Positions 61,691 through 64,000 of a stretch of DNA of 64,000 bases are shown here, piece after piece. The stretch is from the NCBI RefSeq assembly GCF_009914755.1, contig NC_060928.1; one strand, 5' to 3'. Origin of the DNA: the human T2T-CHM13v2.0 reference genome, Homo sapiens. Position numbers and translations under genes: made by a program. The notes under the pieces are model-generated. The model was given only the letters and a program-made list of their open reading frames with translations. It did no database searches and was not told where the DNA came from. Every line of letters starts with the position of its first letter. Position 1 is the first letter of the stretch.

Positions 61691-62359
61691 AAAGTGAATA
61701 ATTATATTATAAAAGTATCAATATTGTTAAACTCTATTTTTTTTCCTTTTTTCCCAGCTTTTTTGAGGTTAAACTCTAAATTTTAATGTTACCAATAAAT
61801 GTAATCAGACTGTCTTTTCGGGAATATTACATGAGTTAAGTATGCTATTTTATGCAAAGAATATCTAGAATATTTCCTAATATTCAAACACCAATTTAAA
61901 TTTTATCTTCTTCTGAAAAGATAGAATGTTTTACACATCTTTGAAATGCCTGAACCTTTTTGTGCATAATTATATTTCACTAAAAATGTGTTATGTTAAA
62001 TTAAATCAAATATAATTGAATTGAATAGCATTCCACCAAATAAATTATTGTTGGAGGAGGTGTTTTTTCCCTCTTCAGTGATTTATTATTTCTGATTTTG
62101 AAAATTAGCAGATTCTGACAAATAGTCCTAACATTTGCTATCCACATTTAAATAATTTGAAGATTTCCCTTCTTTCCATGGTGAGATATCTCAATAACTT
62201 ACAGCTTTTGGACATCAGGAGAATCTAATTCTCAAATCTAAAGGAATCATCTGTTGAACTTCAAAGAGAATTAAATTAAAAATGTGCTATGTACTATACA
62301 ACAAATCCAGAAATACCTAAAGCAAAAATGAAAAGTCTATTTTGCTATCAAGTAAATAA

Positions 62360-62680
62360 ACTAATCCATTCAGCAAATAATGGTTGAATGTATATTATGT
62401 TTACTTCTGGGCTAGACATTGCAGATAACAAGGACATATAAGAAATGATCATTTTCTATATTTAATAGGTAACAGTGCTTTAAGTGAAATAAAGCATGAA
62501 TATAACAGAAAGAAGTTGTTTATTTTTATGTTAGAAGTGGAACAACGTACTTTATGAGTTATAAAGACAAGTGCAAAGTATATTTCTAGCTGAAAAATAA
62601 GAAAAGACTGAAAACAAAGGGATATCTGAGCTAAGTAACAGAGGAGGTATAAATGTATTGATGTTGAGATGGAGACGCAA
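62360..62680 (-). mobile_element. L2 3' end fragment
   Basis: CCATTCAGCAAATAATGGTTGAATGTATATTATG is the antisense L2 tail. Confidence 0.55.
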
Positions 62681-62719
62681 GTACACTTGAACTCTACAGA
62701 TTGAAGACTGTCTCAACAA

Positions 62720-63180
62720 GATGTATTATGTCCCAAAAATGATATGTGCAAGTCTTAAGCCCTGGTACCTGTGAATGTGACCTTATTTGGAAAAAAGGAG
62801 TTTTGCAAATGTAACCAAGTTAAGATGAAGTTATACCAGATTAACATGAGCTCTAAATCAAATGACTGGTGTGCTAATAAGGAGACAGAGATTCGGAGAT
62901 ACACAGACACACATACAGAGAAGAAGGCCAGGTTACAACAGAAGTGGAGATTGGAGTAATGCAGCCACAAGCTAACAAACACCAAGGATTGATGGCAACC
63001 ACCAAAAGCAAAGAAGAGGCAAGGAAAGATTCTTTCCTGGAGCCTTCAGAGGGAGCATGGCCCTGCTGACACTTTGATTTTGGACTTTTAGCCTTCAGAA
63101 TTATGAGACAAGCAATTTCTGTTGTTTTAAGCCACCACATTTGTGGCAATTTTTTATGTCAGCCCGAAGAAACTAATATA
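62720..63180 (+). mobile_element. MaLR LTR (MLT1C-like)
   Basis: CCCTGGTACCTGTGAATGTGACCTTATTTGGAAA ... GAGGGAGCATGGCCCTGCTGACAC ... GAAACTAATATA. Confidence 0.9.
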
Positions 63181-64000
63181 TTGATCACAAAAGATGTTTT
63201 GCACAAGCTTCTTTCTTCTGTTGAAATGGGCTTTAGTAAAAACCACCTGAGCTTTGGTGTCTTAAGTCCTGACTGCCTTTTTTTACTAGTTGTGTAGCTT
63301 CGGTTAAATTAACTTCTAGCTCAACTTAACTATAAAAAGGATATGCTGATATCTACATGTTTTTATTTTTTTATAAATCAATAGAAATAAAACATACATG
63401 TTATCTGATACACAGCAGACGTTTTATCAGCATTAACAGTGATAACGCTATTAGTGATTACTTTTACACAGGGTCCTATTGCTGATTGCAATTTCCAAGA
63501 ACTCTGATGGTGACATAATTAATAAAATAGATAACCCCAGACTTTAAATTATGTCTTCTTAGATTTATTATACTTCAGATTTGGAAGATCTAAGACATAC
63601 CTGTGATTTTTAAGAATATTAATACACCAAGATTATGTTTGAAAATAAACGAGTTACCAGATATCCCCTTTTTTGCATAATTGCAAGTGATACGTCTGCC
63701 TCTGAGCATCATGTTTGATTGATATTGGTAGTCTGATGATACAATTAAATTAAAAATGTTATTTTATAAGAGTGGATTGGTGATATCTTGGCATTATATT
63801 CAATAGTATTAGATATCAACAGGTTTCTTGGTTCTTTGTACAGGTGCACTAATTAAGAAGTCACATAGTCTCTGATTTTTTCATTTTTGAGGAATATAAA
63901 ACAAAAAAATACCATGATGCTTGTTCCATGCTTCTTAAAATGTGATTTAGACCTATCTAGATGTGTATAGTAGTGTGCTGGGAATACCAGTGAACTGCAC

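Overview
Primate (human-like) non-coding DNA. It is AT-rich, has no CpG island and no supportable host protein-coding gene or structural RNA gene, and is dense in Alu, L1, MaLR/ERVL LTR, MIR, L2 and hAT remnants. Every recognisable ORF is a broken LINE-1 ORF1/ORF2 piece or Alu-derived noise. Main result: two oppositely oriented, fairly young L1PA elements (107-5152 and 30656-32447) carry each other's target-site duplications. AAAAGTATCTCCT lies at the 3' end of the first (99-111, minus strand) and the 5' end of the second (30640-30652). AA(A/C)GATCCA lies at the 5' end of the first (5150-5158, minus strand) and the 3' end of the second (32448-32456). This reciprocal swap is the footprint expected if the ~29-32 kb between them was inverted by L1-L1 recombination. 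The first L1 also has its own twin-priming internal inversion. Other notable structures: a ~300-bp inverted duplication of apparently unique sequence (52262-52566 / 53556-53856), an ancient-type ~80-bp hairpin (14547-14627) and a few promoter- or enhancer-like repeat-free islands. Repeat family and subfamily names were assigned by eye from remembered consensus sequences, and boundaries without a stated TSD are approximate.
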